Counted from the stretch's first letter, positions 10,315-21,183 are shown. The stretch is DNA of 64,000 bases from an uncultured Clostridia bacterium (GCA_947039455.1 CAMQZB010000008.1:5991-69990); one strand, 5' to 3'. Made by a program: numbers and translations. The notes: a model not told the origin generated them from the letters alone.

Positions 10315-11007
10315 ATGAAAATACATGGAATTAACAAGCTAACGCTTTTGGATTATCCAGAGAAAAATGCTTGCACAATATTCACGGGTGGTTGTAACTA
10401 CCGATGCCCGTTTTGTCAAAACGCATCATTGGTTATTGACCCAGATTCGCAACCAACACTTGATCAAGAGGAATTTTTCGAATTTCTAGAAAAGAGAAAA
10501 AATGTCCTAGAAGGTGTTTGCATAACTGGGGGCGAACCAACTTGCAATGGTGACTTGCCTGAATTTATTCAAAAAATCAAAAACATGGGTTATTTAGTGA
10601 AACTTGACACGAACGGTGACAATTTTCAAATGCTGAAAAAATTGGTTGATGCAAATTTACTAGATTATGTGGCAATGGACGTGAAAAATTCACTACCACG
10701 CTATGGCGAAACTATCGGTATCCCAAACTATAACACTGCTAATGTAGAAAAATCTATTGGGTTTTTGTTGAATTCAGAGGTGGACTTCGAATTCAGAACA
10801 ACAGTAGCCGTAGAATCCCACGATAATGAGTCGTTTATTGCTATTGGAAAATTAATTTCTGGTGCAAAAAAATATTTTTTACAAGCATACAAATTATCTG
10901 ACGGACTTTTAGGGAAACCCATGACGCCACCAAGCAAAGATCAACTTGAAGCCTTTGCAAACATAGTGAAAAAAGACGTTGGGACAATAGAGATTAGAGG
11001 AATTTAA
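10315..11007 (+). CDS. nrdG: Anaerobic ribonucleoside-triphosphate reductase activating protein (radical SAM)
   Basis: GCNYRCPFCQN CxxxCxxC, ITGGEPT, adjacent to nrdD. Confidence 0.9.
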   Translation: MKIHGINKLTLLDYPEKNACTIFTGGCNYRCPFCQNASLVIDPDSQPTLDQEEFFEFLEKRKNVLEGVCITGGEPTCNGDLPEFIQKIKNMGYLVKLDTNGDNFQMLKKLVDANLLDYVAMDVKNSLPRYGETIGIPNYNTANVEKSIGFLLNSEVDFEFRTTVAVESHDNESFIAIGKLISGAKKYFLQAYKLSDGLLGKPMTPPSKDQLEAFANIVKKDVGTIEIRGI

Positions 11008-11053
11008 TACCATATGTAGTGTTTTCTAAAAAAATATTCACAATATCTTGTAT
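11007..11053 (+). promoter_or_regulatory. Tandem NrdR boxes
   Basis: ATACCATATGTAGTGT (11007-11022) and TCACAATATCTTGTAT (11038-11053), 31 bp apart, matching the NrdR consensus upstream of nrdD. Confidence 0.8.
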
Positions 11054-11070
11054 TTTACTGTGAAATATAA

Positions 11071-11099
11071 TTGACATTCATTACTACATATGATATAGT
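11071..11099 (+). promoter_or_regulatory. sigma-A promoter of nrdD
   Basis: TTGACA-17 bp-TATAGT with TG extension. Confidence 0.75.
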
Positions 11100-11180
11100 T
11101 TCATTACGCGAAAAAACAGAGGCGTAAATACAAAAGAAAGAATATAACTTTAATGACAAGTTAAAGTTCAGGAGGAAATT

Positions 11181-13568
11181 ATGTATAAATTAATGAAAAG
11201 AGATGCAAGTTTAGTTGAATTTGATTTAGCTAGAGTTGCCAATGCGATTCAACGTGCGTTTGAGTCACAAGGAAGAAATTTTATTGCTTCAATAATCGAT
11301 TTGTTAGCACTTCGTGTTACTTCAGATTTTGAATCAAAAATTAAAGACGATGTAATATCAGTGGAAGATGTTCAAGATAGCGTAGAGCATATTTTGGAAG
11401 AATCAGGTTATACTGATGTTGCAAAAGCATACATTCTATATAGAAAAAGCAGAGAAAATGTTAGAAATGTAAAAGCAACCATTCTTGATTACAAAGATGT
11501 AGTAAACGGTTACGTTAAAATTGAAGACTGGAGAGTAAAAGAAAATTCAACTGTAACATATTCAGTTGGTGGACTTATTCTAAACAACTCAGGAGCAATC
11601 ACTGCGAACTATTGGTTATCAGAAGTATATGACGAAGAAATTGGAAATGCACATAGAAATGCGGATATCCACATTCATGATTTATCGATGTTAGCAGGGT
11701 ACTGTGCTGGTTGGTCATTAAAACAACTTATTCAAGAAGGTCTTGGTGGAATTAGAGGAAAAATCACTTCAGCTCCAGCAGCACATTTATCTACATTATG
11801 TAATCAAATGGTAAACTTCCTTGGAATCATGCAAAATGAGTGGGCAGGAGCTCAAGCGTTTTCTTCTTTCGATACATTCCTAGCACCATTTGTTAAGGTT
11901 GATAACCTAACTTATAAAGATGTTAAACAATGTGTCCAAAGTTTTATTTATGGTGTAAATACGCCAAGCAGATGGGGCACACAAGCTCCGTTTACAAACG
12001 TTACTCTTGATTGGACAGTTCCAGGCGATTTAGCTGAACAAAACTGTATAGTAGGTGGTCATGAAGTTGACTTTAAGTATAAAGATTGCGTAGAAGAAAT
12101 GCGTATGGTTAATAAGGCATTCATCGAAATTATGATTGAAGGCGATGCTAATGGCCGTGGTTTCCAATACCCAATTCCAACATATTCAATAACTAAAGAC
12201 TTCGATTGGTCAGAAACTGAAAACAATAAAATGTTATTCGAAATGACTGCTAAATATGGTACTCCATATTTCTCAAACTTCCTAAACAGTGATATGGATC
12301 CAAGTGATGTACGTTCAATGTGTTGTAGATTGCGTCTTGACTTACGTGAGCTTAGAAAGAAATCAGGTGGTTTCTTTGGTAGTGGAGAATCAACTGGTTC
12401 AGTTGGTGTAGTAACTATTAATATGCCAAGAATTGCATATCAATCTAAAAACGAAGATGAGTTTTTTGAGAGATTAGGTAAAATGATGGATTTATCGGCT
12501 CGCTCAATACACACAAAAAGAGAAGTTATTTCAAAACTTCTTGAAGCTGGTTTGTATCCATATACAAAAAGATATCTTGGAACTTTCAACAACCATTTCT
12601 CAACTATTGGTTTGCTTGGAATGAATGAAGCGGGCTTGAATGCTTGCTGGATTAAAGAGGACATGACGCAAAAAGTTACTCAAGATTTCGCTGTGAAAAC
12701 ATTGAAATTTATGAGAGATAGATTGTCTGATTATCAAGAAAAATACGGTGATTTGTTCAACCTTGAAGCAACTCCAGCTGAGTCAACTTCATATAGATTA
12801 GCAAAACACGACAGAAGTCGTTTCCCTGATATTATCACTGCTTCATCTGATGAAGAAAAACCATACTATACAAATAGTTCAAACCTTCCAGTGGGCTACA
12901 CTGCTGATATTTTCTCAGCACTTGATGTTCAAGACGAGTTACAAACATTGTATACTTCAGGAACAGTTTTCCATGCCTACCTTGGCGAGAAGTTGCCAGA
13001 TTGGCAGGCTACTGCGAAACTGGTTAAAACTATTGCGGAGAACTATAAATTACCATATTATACAATTTCGCCAACGTACTCAGTTTGCAGTGACCATGGA
13101 TATCTAAATGGAGAAGTTTATGAATGTCCTGATTGTGGAAATGAAACTGAAGTTTATTCAAGAATCACTGGCTACTACCGTCCAGTTCAAAACTGGAACG
13201 TAGGAAAGTCTCAAGAGTTCAAAGAAAGAGTAACTTACGATATAAACAAATCAAATTTGAAAGTTGTGGTAAGTGCATCTTGTGCGTCTTGTGGCGACAG
13301 CGAATTTGAGGATAGAGTTGAAGAAAGCATTGCGGTTGAAACAAAATACTTGTTGTTCACAACAAAAACTTGTCCAAACTGTCCAGTAGCGAAAAACTTC
13401 CTAAACAAAGAAAATGTTGAATACAGCACTATCGATGCGGAAGAAAATCCAGAAATGGCTTCTAAATTTGGAATTATGCAAGCGCCAACACTAATTAAAG
13501 TGATAGGTGATTCATATGATAGATTTGGTGGAGTTGCAAACATCATCTCATACGTAAAAAAACGTTAG
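11181..13568 (+). CDS. nrdD: Class III anaerobic ribonucleoside-triphosphate reductase with ATP-cone and C-terminal glutaredoxin-like domain
   Basis: ATP cone, HIHDL, SMCCRL, Zn-binding CxxH/CxxC, glycyl-radical RITGYYRP, C-terminal TCPNC...QAPTL. Confidence 0.95.
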   Translation: MYKLMKRDASLVEFDLARVANAIQRAFESQGRNFIASIIDLLALRVTSDFESKIKDDVISVEDVQDSVEHILEESGYTDVAKAYILYRKSRENVRNVKATILDYKDVVNGYVKIEDWRVKENSTVTYSVGGLILNNSGAITANYWLSEVYDEEIGNAHRNADIHIHDLSMLAGYCAGWSLKQLIQEGLGGIRGKITSAPAAHLSTLCNQMVNFLGIMQNEWAGAQAFSSFDTFLAPFVKVDNLTYKDVKQCVQSFIYGVNTPSRWGTQAPFTNVTLDWTVPGDLAEQNCIVGGHEVDFKYKDCVEEMRMVNKAFIEIMIEGDANGRGFQYPIPTYSITKDFDWSETENNKMLFEMTAKYGTPYFSNFLNSDMDPSDVRSMCCRLRLDLRELRKKSGGFFGSGESTGSVGVVTINMPRIAYQSKNEDEFFERLGKMMDLSARSIHTKREVISKLLEAGLYPYTKRYLGTFNNHFSTIGLLGMNEAGLNACWIKEDMTQKVTQDFAVKTLKFMRDRLSDYQEKYGDLFNLEATPAESTSYRLAKHDRSRFPDIITASSDEEKPYYTNSSNLPVGYTADIFSALDVQDELQTLYTSGTVFHAYLGEKLPDWQATAKLVKTIAENYKLPYYTISPTYSVCSDHGYLNGEVYECPDCGNETEVYSRITGYYRPVQNWNVGKSQEFKERVTYDINKSNLKVVVSASCASCGDSEFEDRVEESIAVETKYLLFTTKTCPNCPVAKNFLNKENVEYSTIDAEENPEMASKFGIMQAPTLIKVIGDSYDRFGGVANIISYVKKR

Positions 13569-13584
13569 TATTAAAATAAAACAG

Positions 13585-13614
13585 AAACCACCGATTTATT
13601 TCGGTGGTTTTTTT
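13585..13614 (+). terminator. Rho-independent terminator after nrdD
   Basis: AAACCACCGA...TCGGTGGTTTTTT. Confidence 0.8.
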
Positions 13615-13730
13615 ATTATTTTGGGGTTTGATAATAGAAATTAGGTCAATAATTAATTTTATATAGACAAATAATCAAATTCATGATATAATAAATATTG
13701 TAAATTTGATTTGAAATAAGGAGAAAAACT

Positions 13731-14189
13731 ATGGAGTTTTGCAAAAAAATGTTTATGAAGTATAGAGAGTTAATTGTTTACGGTTTTTTTGGAGTATTAA
13801 CAACAGTGGTGGATTTCGGTACGTTCTATCTTTTCACCGAAATAATACCTTTATCAGAATCTACAATATTGCCAAATTCAATTTCATTTGTGGTGGCAGT
13901 ATTATTTGCATATCTAACAAATAGAACATGGGTATTCCAAAGCAAAGTAAAAGGCGTTAAGGGGCTTGCAAAAGAATTCGGATCATTTTTCACTATGCGA
14001 ATTGCCTCAGGAGTCTTGTCGGTAGCATTTGTTTATCTTGCGGTAGACGTGCTTGGCGGAAATGCACTGTTGTGGAAACTTGTTTCAACAGTAGCCGTTG
14101 TGATTTTGAATTTTATAATCAGCAAACTTTTTGTGTTCAAAAGTGATAAAGCTGTAACTACTGAAAAAACAGAAAAGGATAATAATTAA
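13731..14189 (+). CDS. GtrA family membrane protein
   Basis: YGFFGVLTT, NRTWVF and SKLFVFK motifs; four TM helices. Confidence 0.88.
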   Translation: MEFCKKMFMKYRELIVYGFFGVLTTVVDFGTFYLFTEIIPLSESTILPNSISFVVAVLFAYLTNRTWVFQSKVKGVKGLAKEFGSFFTMRIASGVLSVAFVYLAVDVLGGNALLWKLVSTVAVVILNFIISKLFVFKSDKAVTTEKTEKDNN

Positions 14190-14465
14190 TAAAATATTCA
14201 ATAACTATTGCTATATAAATTAGTAATAACAAAATATTTAACAAAAATAAACAATAAGTTTCAAGAATTAATTTCCTTGAAACTTTTTTTATGTGGGAAT
14301 ACTAACCAAAGGGAATAAGGCGTATTCTGGTAATAAATACTAGAAATATGAAATAATTTATAATTTATTTGAAATAATTGGATAATTATTATATAAATGC
14401 GAAAAATAACATTATAAAATCAACATTGTGGTTTCACAATGACTATTATTTTCGAGGTGAAGTAT

Positions 14466-15005
14466 ATGAAAGAAACAGGAGTAATTAGAAGAATTGACGA
14501 ATTGGGCAGAATTGTAATACCAAAAGAAATCAGAAAAAATTTGCGAATAAAGAATGCAGACCCATTGGAGATATATGTTGATGGGGACATGGTAATTTTG
14601 AAAAAGTTTTCAACACTATCAAAGTTAGGGGAAATAGGTTCACAGTTGGTTGCGTCATTAACAAAGACTACCGACATGAACGCATTTATTTGCGATACTG
14701 ACAAAATTCTTTTTGCCACAGGAAAAGACTGTGATGATATTGATCAAAAAGAAATATCAAAAGATGTAGCAAAAGTAATATCCTTACGCAAAACGTTGTA
14801 TAAAGACAATGGTACTGGTGAAGAAACTGCAATTATAATACAGGGTGACAATGTAGTATCAGCAATAATCTATCCAATATTAGTGGATGGGGATACCTAT
14901 GGAGCAATTGGTGTGTACTCTAATGAGGATAACAAATGGTTAAAAGAAGAATATAAAGTTGTGATGTTAGCTGTTAGTAGTTTCTTAGGGGAGTACCTTG
15001 AGTAA
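14466..15005 (+). CDS. spoVT: Stage V sporulation protein T (AbrB-type DNA-binding domain plus GAF-like domain)
   Basis: TGVIRRIDELGRIVIPKEIRK; C-terminal PILVDGDTYGAI; synteny with yabM/yabN. Confidence 0.8.
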   Translation: MKETGVIRRIDELGRIVIPKEIRKNLRIKNADPLEIYVDGDMVILKKFSTLSKLGEIGSQLVASLTKTTDMNAFICDTDKILFATGKDCDDIDQKEISKDVAKVISLRKTLYKDNGTGEETAIIIQGDNVVSAIIYPILVDGDTYGAIGVYSNEDNKWLKEEYKVVMLAVSSFLGEYLE

Positions 15006-16494
15006 ATCTGGGTTCGTAAAAAATTTTTCACTACTGGCGATAGCGCTGTTCGCAGTAAAAATAATTGGGGGAATATATAAAATCCCTCTTGCCAATATTG
15101 TAGGTGGTGAAGGCATGGGGATTTATCAAATGATATTTCCCCTTTATGCACTTATCCTAACCCTAACATCTTCTGCAATGCCTTCCTGTCTGTCTTCGGT
15201 AGTCAGTGAAAAAGTGCAAAACAACGGATTGGAAAGTATAGGACAATTCGTGGCATCAGCTAAGAAATATATAGTGGTAGTGTGTGCCGTGGCGGTGGGA
15301 GTTTTATTCTTGATAGCATACCCAACGGCAAAAATGCAAGGCGACTCACGTGGTTTCCTTCCATACTTAATCATCGCCCCAAGTATTTTCTTTGTAGGAA
15401 TGACCACTCTATACAGGGGCGTGTTTCAAGGCTATTTGAATATGAAAGTTTCCGCAGTTTCTCAAGTTCTAGAACAGCTTGTAAAGCTAGGAGTGGGACT
15501 AACCCTTGCCTATCTATTGCGAGATGACTTAATACTAGCAGTAAGTGGAGCGGTGCTTGCAGTGACCATATCTGAAATTATAGCGTTTTTATATGTAAGA
15601 CGAAAAGGGCAAGGACTTGCGGTGTTTGCTGATAAAACCAAAGCGGAAAAAGGGTCTTGGAAAAAGTTGATGCGGTTTATTTTACCAATGACAATTGCAT
15701 TTTCAATTTCGCCCTTAATATGTTTTATAGAATCCAGAATGCTAATCGGTAGTTGCGGACCAACAAGTTTCGGGTTGTTTGCAGGTTGTTCGCTAACAAT
15801 AGTGGGCATTCCCGTAGCAATCGTTTCCGCACTAGGAGCGGTAGTAATACCATCGATGTCAAAAGGTGGAGCAAAAGATTTTTCATTAATATCAATGGCA
15901 CTTCGCACAACATTGATAATAGTAGGACTATCAGCAGTAGGCTTTTTCTTCCTATCAACGGAAATAGTAGAATTGCTTTTTAGCAACTTTGACATATCGG
16001 AACGAGAATTGCTAAGCAGTCTAATAAAGTATTCCGCAATCTCAGTTTTCCTTGTGGGAATAAACCTAATAACTACATCAACATTGTATGGAATGGGAAA
16101 ACCGAAAGTGCCGTTAATTGGAACAATTATAGGTGGGGCGTTAAAATTGATAGTAATTTTCACTCTTGTGGAGCAGTTTGGGATAATATCCGCAGTGATT
16201 GGCAATAGTGTGTTGAATTTTGTTGCTAGTTTGGTGAATTTGATATATATTATAAGTAAAGGGAAAATCTATTTACCAAAAGGGTTCTACGTTAGTTTCA
16301 TATTAATGTTAGTATCCTCAAGCCTAGCAATCATATTAATTAAATCTGCAATATCAGGCACTCCGCTTTTGATACTTTCAATAATGGCAGTGGCGGTAGT
16401 AGGAATAGCGTTTTTGGTGGTTGCAACAGTATTTGACAGAAATGAAAAAGATTTGTTTTTTGATATGGTAAGTAGGAAGAAGCGGAAAGTATAA
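14998..16494 (+). CDS. Polysaccharide biosynthesis/flippase protein (YabM/SpoVB family)
   Basis: KIIGGIYKIPL..IVGGEGMGIYQ, YRGVFQG and SQVLEQ motifs. Confidence 0.85.
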   Translation: MSKSGFVKNFSLLAIALFAVKIIGGIYKIPLANIVGGEGMGIYQMIFPLYALILTLTSSAMPSCLSSVVSEKVQNNGLESIGQFVASAKKYIVVVCAVAVGVLFLIAYPTAKMQGDSRGFLPYLIIAPSIFFVGMTTLYRGVFQGYLNMKVSAVSQVLEQLVKLGVGLTLAYLLRDDLILAVSGAVLAVTISEIIAFLYVRRKGQGLAVFADKTKAEKGSWKKLMRFILPMTIAFSISPLICFIESRMLIGSCGPTSFGLFAGCSLTIVGIPVAIVSALGAVVIPSMSKGGAKDFSLISMALRTTLIIVGLSAVGFFFLSTEIVELLFSNFDISERELLSSLIKYSAISVFLVGINLITTSTLYGMGKPKVPLIGTIIGGALKLIVIFTLVEQFGIISAVIGNSVLNFVASLVNLIYIISKGKIYLPKGFYVSFILMLVSSSLAIILIKSAISGTPLLILSIMAVAVVGIAFLVVATVFDRNEKDLFFDMVSRKKRKV

Positions 16495-16546
16495 GAATTT
16501 TTAAAGTATAAAATGTAACGAATGAAAAATTTTGAAAGAGGTTGTT

Positions 16547-17968
16547 ATGAAAATAAATGTAGTAGGTATTGGTTGTAAAGAAGGGGAGATTACTCTCAAC
16601 GGACTGAAAGCTGTTAAGAATTGTGGCAAAGTGGTTGCTAGATCAAATGTTTTGCGTGGGCTTGTAACTTTAGATAATGAAGGGGTCTCCTACGATAGTT
16701 TTGACAATATTTACGAAACCACAGAAAATTTCGACGAATTAAACAGTAATATCGCAAGAGAGTTAGAACAACTAGCAAAGACTCACGGAGAGATTGCGTA
16801 TGTAGTTGACGGAAGCGGTACGTTTGACAAGGCAGTTGCTCTTTGCAATGATGTGGAAATTGTATTTTTTCCAACTTTGACTAAAGGTGCAACTAGTCAC
16901 GGAAAGCAAGGCGGTGGTTCAGCTGTTGTTGAAATTTCTGCTTACGACCTTGTGGATACACGAAATATCGCAGGAATTCTAGCAAAGAGTGTTTACGTTT
17001 TCGATGTGGACAGCCTTGAAATTGCAACGAATGTTAAACTGAAATTGTCAAAAATTATTGACGATGAAGATGAAATAATTTTTGTAAAGGGCGATATTCA
17101 AAAACCTATGAGCCTTTACGAGCTTGACTGGGAAAGAGAGTTTGACGAAAATACAGGAGTGTATTTTACTATAAAAGAAACATTGGATAAGAAGATATTC
17201 AACTTTACTGACCTATTAAATATCATGGATAGATTACGTGGAGACGGCGGTTGCCCTTGGGACAGAGAGCAAACTCATGAAAGTTTGAGAATGTGCGTCC
17301 TTGAAGAAGCATACGAAGTGGCGGAAGCAATTGATCTGAATAGCCCTGAAAAATTATGCGAAGAAGTGGGCGATGTAATGCTACAAACCGTTCACCATGC
17401 GAAAATTGCGGAGGATATGGGCGATTTTGATATAGTTGACGTTATCACCGAGCTTTGCCAAAAATTAATTGATAGACATACCCACATTTTTGGAAAAGAT
17501 ATCGCAGTAACATGTGTCGAAGCCCTTGCAACTTGGGAAACTAACAAAGAAAAGCTAAAAGGTCACCAAACAACAATGATGGCAGTTAATGATGTTCCAA
17601 AAATCCTACCATCAATCATCTATGCTGAGAAAATAGCTAAGAAAATCGCAAGAACAGGTTTTGATTTTAGTAAAATTTCTCAAATATACGATAAAATTCA
17701 AGAGGAATTTGCAGAACTTCAAGAAGCGGTAACTAATAATACTAATATAGAAGAAGAGCTAGGCGATTTATTTTTTGCAGTGGCGAATTTGTCAAGAATG
17801 CTAGGAATGAATGGCGAACTTGCCTTAACAAAAACTAGCCAAAAATTTATTGCAAGATTTAGCGGAATGGTTGATATTATAGATGCTGAAAAAATAGACA
17901 TGAATGCTTTAACAGAAGCCCAATGGGAAGATATTTACGCAAAAAGCAAAAATGCCTTGAAAATATAA
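16547..17968 (+). CDS. mazG: YabN-type tetrapyrrole methylase/MazG nucleoside triphosphate pyrophosphohydrolase
   Basis: LRGDGGCPWDREQTHESL, EEAYEV and EELGDLFF motifs. Confidence 0.9.
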   Translation: MKINVVGIGCKEGEITLNGLKAVKNCGKVVARSNVLRGLVTLDNEGVSYDSFDNIYETTENFDELNSNIARELEQLAKTHGEIAYVVDGSGTFDKAVALCNDVEIVFFPTLTKGATSHGKQGGGSAVVEISAYDLVDTRNIAGILAKSVYVFDVDSLEIATNVKLKLSKIIDDEDEIIFVKGDIQKPMSLYELDWEREFDENTGVYFTIKETLDKKIFNFTDLLNIMDRLRGDGGCPWDREQTHESLRMCVLEEAYEVAEAIDLNSPEKLCEEVGDVMLQTVHHAKIAEDMGDFDIVDVITELCQKLIDRHTHIFGKDIAVTCVEALATWETNKEKLKGHQTTMMAVNDVPKILPSIIYAEKIAKKIARTGFDFSKISQIYDKIQEEFAELQEAVTNNTNIEEELGDLFFAVANLSRMLGMNGELALTKTSQKFIARFSGMVDIIDAEKIDMNALTEAQWEDIYAKSKNALKI

Positions 17969-18010
17969 TCAATTTTTATCCAAACCCCAAACCCAAACCC
18001 AAAACAATCA

Positions 18011-18047
18011 AAAATACTGTAGTTTATTTAACTACAGTATTTTTTTT
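18011..18047 (+). terminator. Rho-independent terminator
   Basis: AAAATACTGTAGTT...AACTACAGTATTTT plus T run. Confidence 0.8.
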
Positions 18048-18226
18048 GCATTGTAAAATTGTAAAAGTACATAAATTATATTTTGAAAGTTATAAATACT
18101 GAAAACCTTAGATACATTATATAGTTAAGTCAGCAAGGAAAACAAACAGGTTGAAAACCCCGAAAGTTTTATAGTAAAAACCAGATATATGCTAAAAATA
18201 TGATAAATATGTGAAATATAATTTAA

Positions 18227-18266
18227 TTGTTAAAAGTTTAACATTACATTGTTAAATAGTTGACAA
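18227..18266 (+). promoter_or_regulatory. Two Rex operator sites, the second overlapping the adhE -35
   Basis: TTGTTAAAAGTTTAACAT (18227-18244) and TTGTTAAATAGTTGACAA (18249-18266) match TTGTTAA-N4-TTAACAA; TTGACA at 18260. Confidence 0.8.
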
Positions 18267-18434
18267 AGTGGGTTTAATTAGTATATTATAAAATAGATAA
18301 ATGATTATCAATAGATTTTACAAAGAAAATAGATTAACAAAAGCGGTTTTGAAAAGCGGTTTGAAATTAATGTTAGAGAGAAGTAAAGTCCGAATACTAA
18401 GTAATAAAAATTTTTTTTATATAAAGGAGACCCA

Positions 18435-21035
18435 ATGAGCAGAGACTATATTGTTAACAGTGAAGAGACTTTAACTCAGTTAATAACTGACGTAAAAGCA
18501 GCACAAAAAGAGTATGCAACATTCACACAAGAACAAGTGGATAAAATATTCTTTGAAGCATCAATGGCAGCTAATAGACAAAGAATTACTTTGGCTAAAA
18601 AGGCAGTTAAAGAAACAGGCATGGGAATTGTTGAAGACAAAGTAATCAAGAATCACTATGCAGCGGAGTATATTTACAACGCATATAAAGACACAAAAAC
18701 TTGCGGTATTATTCACCGTGACGAAGCTAACGGAATAACAAAAATCGCTGAACCAATTGGAGTAATTGCGGCTGTCGTGCCAACAACAAATCCAACATCA
18801 ACAGCAATTTTCAAAGCATTGATAGCATTAAAAACAAGAAACGGATTGATTATTTCACCACATCCACGTGCGAAATTATCAACAATCGCAGCCGCTAGAG
18901 TAATCTATGAAGCAGCGGTAAAAGCTGGAGCACCTGCAAACATTATTGGTTGGGTAGACGAGCCAACAGTTGCTTTATCTTCACAAGTAATGAAAGACGT
19001 TGACATGATTTTAGCAACTGGCGGACCAGGAATGGTTAAAGCTGCTTACAGCTCAGGTAAACCAGCAGTAGGCGTAGGAGCGGGAAACACTCCTGCAATC
19101 GTTGATTCTTCAGCTGATATCAAACTTGCGGTTTCATCAATTATTCACTCAAAAACATTCGACAACGGAATGATCTGTGCATCAGAGCAATCTGTAATCG
19201 TAATGAAAGAAATTTATGAAGAATTTAAAAAAGAAATGGCATATCGTGGAGCGTTCTTCTTGAACGATGCGGAAACTGAAAAAGTTAGAAAAACAATAAT
19301 AATAAACGGCGGATTAAACGCGAAAATCGTTGGTCAAACAGCATTCACAATCGCTAAAATGGCTGGAGTAGATGTTCCAGTACACGCAAAAATCTTAGTT
19401 GGTGAAGTGGAAAGTGTTGAGTTATCAGAAGAATTTGCACATGAAAAACTTAGTCCAGTATTGGCTATGTACAAAGCGTCAAGTTTCGACGATGCAATCG
19501 CAAAAGCTGAAACGTTGGTTGCTGACGGTGGCTACGGTCATACTGCATCAATCTTTATTAATGCGTTAACTGAAGATGTGAAAATTGCTAACTGGCAATC
19601 AAAAATGAAAACTTGTAGATGTCTTATCAATACTCCTGCTGCTCAAGGAGGAATAGGTGATATTTATAACTTCCAACTTGCTCCTTCTTTAACTCTAGGT
19701 TGCGGAAGCTGGGGTGGAAACAGCGTTTCAGACAACGTTGGAGTAAAACACTTACTAAACATTAAAACTGTTGCAGAAAGGAGAGAGAATATGTTGTGGT
19801 TCAGAACACCTCAAAAAATCTATTTAAAGAAAGGCTGTCTAGCATTAGCGCTTGATGAAATTAAAAATGTACTTGGCAAGAAAAAAGTGTTTATCGTTAC
19901 TGATACATTCTTGTTCGAAAACGGATATACAAAGACTATTACTGAAAAATTAGACTCAATGGGAGTTACTCATACGACATTCTTCAACGTTGCTCCAGAT
20001 CCAACTTTGGCTTGTGCTAAAGAAGGTGCAAAAGCTATGGAAGAATTTAAACCAGATTGTATTATTGCTCTTGGTGGCGGTTCAGCTATGGATGCTGCGA
20101 AAATCATGTGGGTAATGTACGAGCACCCAGAAGTGAATTTCCTTGACCTTGCTATGAGATTTATGGATATTAGAAAAAGAGTATACACATTCCCTAAAAT
20201 GGGCGAAAAAGCATACTTCATTGCTGTTCCAACATCTGCTGGTACAGGTTCAGAAGTAACGCCATTTGCTGTTATCACTGATGAAACTACTGGAGTTAAA
20301 TACCCACTTGCTGATTACGAGTTAATGCCTCACATGGCAATCGTTGATGCAGACGTAATGATGGACGCACCAAAAGGCTTGACAGCAGCTTCTGGCGTTG
20401 ATGCAATCACACATGCACTTGAGGCATTCGCTTCAATGCTTGCAACTGATTTCACTGACAGTTTAGCACTTCGTTCATTGAAAATGGTATTCGAATATCT
20501 TCCAAGAGCTTACGACAACGGTCCAAAAGATCCAGTTGCTCGTGAGAAAATGGGTAATGCAGCTACTATGGCTGGTATGGCGTTTGCCAATGCGTTCTTG
20601 GGTGTATGTCACTCAATGGCTCACAAACTTGGCGCGTTCCACCACCTTCCACACGGTGTTGCAAATGCACTTATGATCAATGAAGTTATTCGTTTCAATT
20701 CAGAAGAATGTCCAATCAAAATGGGAACATTCTCTCAATACGATCACCCACACACAGAAGCTAGATATGCTGAAATCGCAGAATACCTTGGTTTGAAAGG
20801 AAAAACTAATGCTGATAAAGTTGAAAGTTTAATTACTGCTCTTGATCAATTAAAAGAAAGAGTAGGTATTAAAAAGACTATCAAAGATTACGGAATTACT
20901 GAAGAAGTGTTCATGGCATCTATTGACGAGATGGTTGAACAAGCTTTCGATGATCAATGTACTGGTGCAAACCCAAGATACCCATTGATGAGCGAAATCA
21001 AAGCTATGTACTTGAAAGCGTTCCACGGTGCGTAA
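18435..21035 (+). CDS. adhE: Bifunctional acetaldehyde-CoA/alcohol dehydrogenase
   Basis: PTTNPTST, FDNGMICASEQ, LTLGCGSWGGNS, GGGSAMD and HSMAHKLG motifs; 866 aa. Confidence 0.97.
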   Translation: MSRDYIVNSEETLTQLITDVKAAQKEYATFTQEQVDKIFFEASMAANRQRITLAKKAVKETGMGIVEDKVIKNHYAAEYIYNAYKDTKTCGIIHRDEANGITKIAEPIGVIAAVVPTTNPTSTAIFKALIALKTRNGLIISPHPRAKLSTIAAARVIYEAAVKAGAPANIIGWVDEPTVALSSQVMKDVDMILATGGPGMVKAAYSSGKPAVGVGAGNTPAIVDSSADIKLAVSSIIHSKTFDNGMICASEQSVIVMKEIYEEFKKEMAYRGAFFLNDAETEKVRKTIIINGGLNAKIVGQTAFTIAKMAGVDVPVHAKILVGEVESVELSEEFAHEKLSPVLAMYKASSFDDAIAKAETLVADGGYGHTASIFINALTEDVKIANWQSKMKTCRCLINTPAAQGGIGDIYNFQLAPSLTLGCGSWGGNSVSDNVGVKHLLNIKTVAERRENMLWFRTPQKIYLKKGCLALALDEIKNVLGKKKVFIVTDTFLFENGYTKTITEKLDSMGVTHTTFFNVAPDPTLACAKEGAKAMEEFKPDCIIALGGGSAMDAAKIMWVMYEHPEVNFLDLAMRFMDIRKRVYTFPKMGEKAYFIAVPTSAGTGSEVTPFAVITDETTGVKYPLADYELMPHMAIVDADVMMDAPKGLTAASGVDAITHALEAFASMLATDFTDSLALRSLKMVFEYLPRAYDNGPKDPVAREKMGNAATMAGMAFANAFLGVCHSMAHKLGAFHHLPHGVANALMINEVIRFNSEECPIKMGTFSQYDHPHTEARYAEIAEYLGLKGKTNADKVESLITALDQLKERVGIKKTIKDYGITEEVFMASIDEMVEQAFDDQCTGANPRYPLMSEIKAMYLKAFHGA

Positions 21036-21156
21036 ATCAGTATAATTATTTTAACAACTACTAAATGGAAATAAGATTTAAAACAATGAATTTTTAATTA
21101 AATTCAAAATTAAAATGATTGATCCAAATATGTTTTTATATGTGCGAAAGCACGAG

Positions 21157-21183
21157 AAAAAGACTCCGCAAGGAGTCTTTTTC
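21157..21183 (+). terminator. Rho-independent terminator after adhE
   Basis: AAAAAGACTCC-GCAA-GGAGTCTTTTT. Confidence 0.85.
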
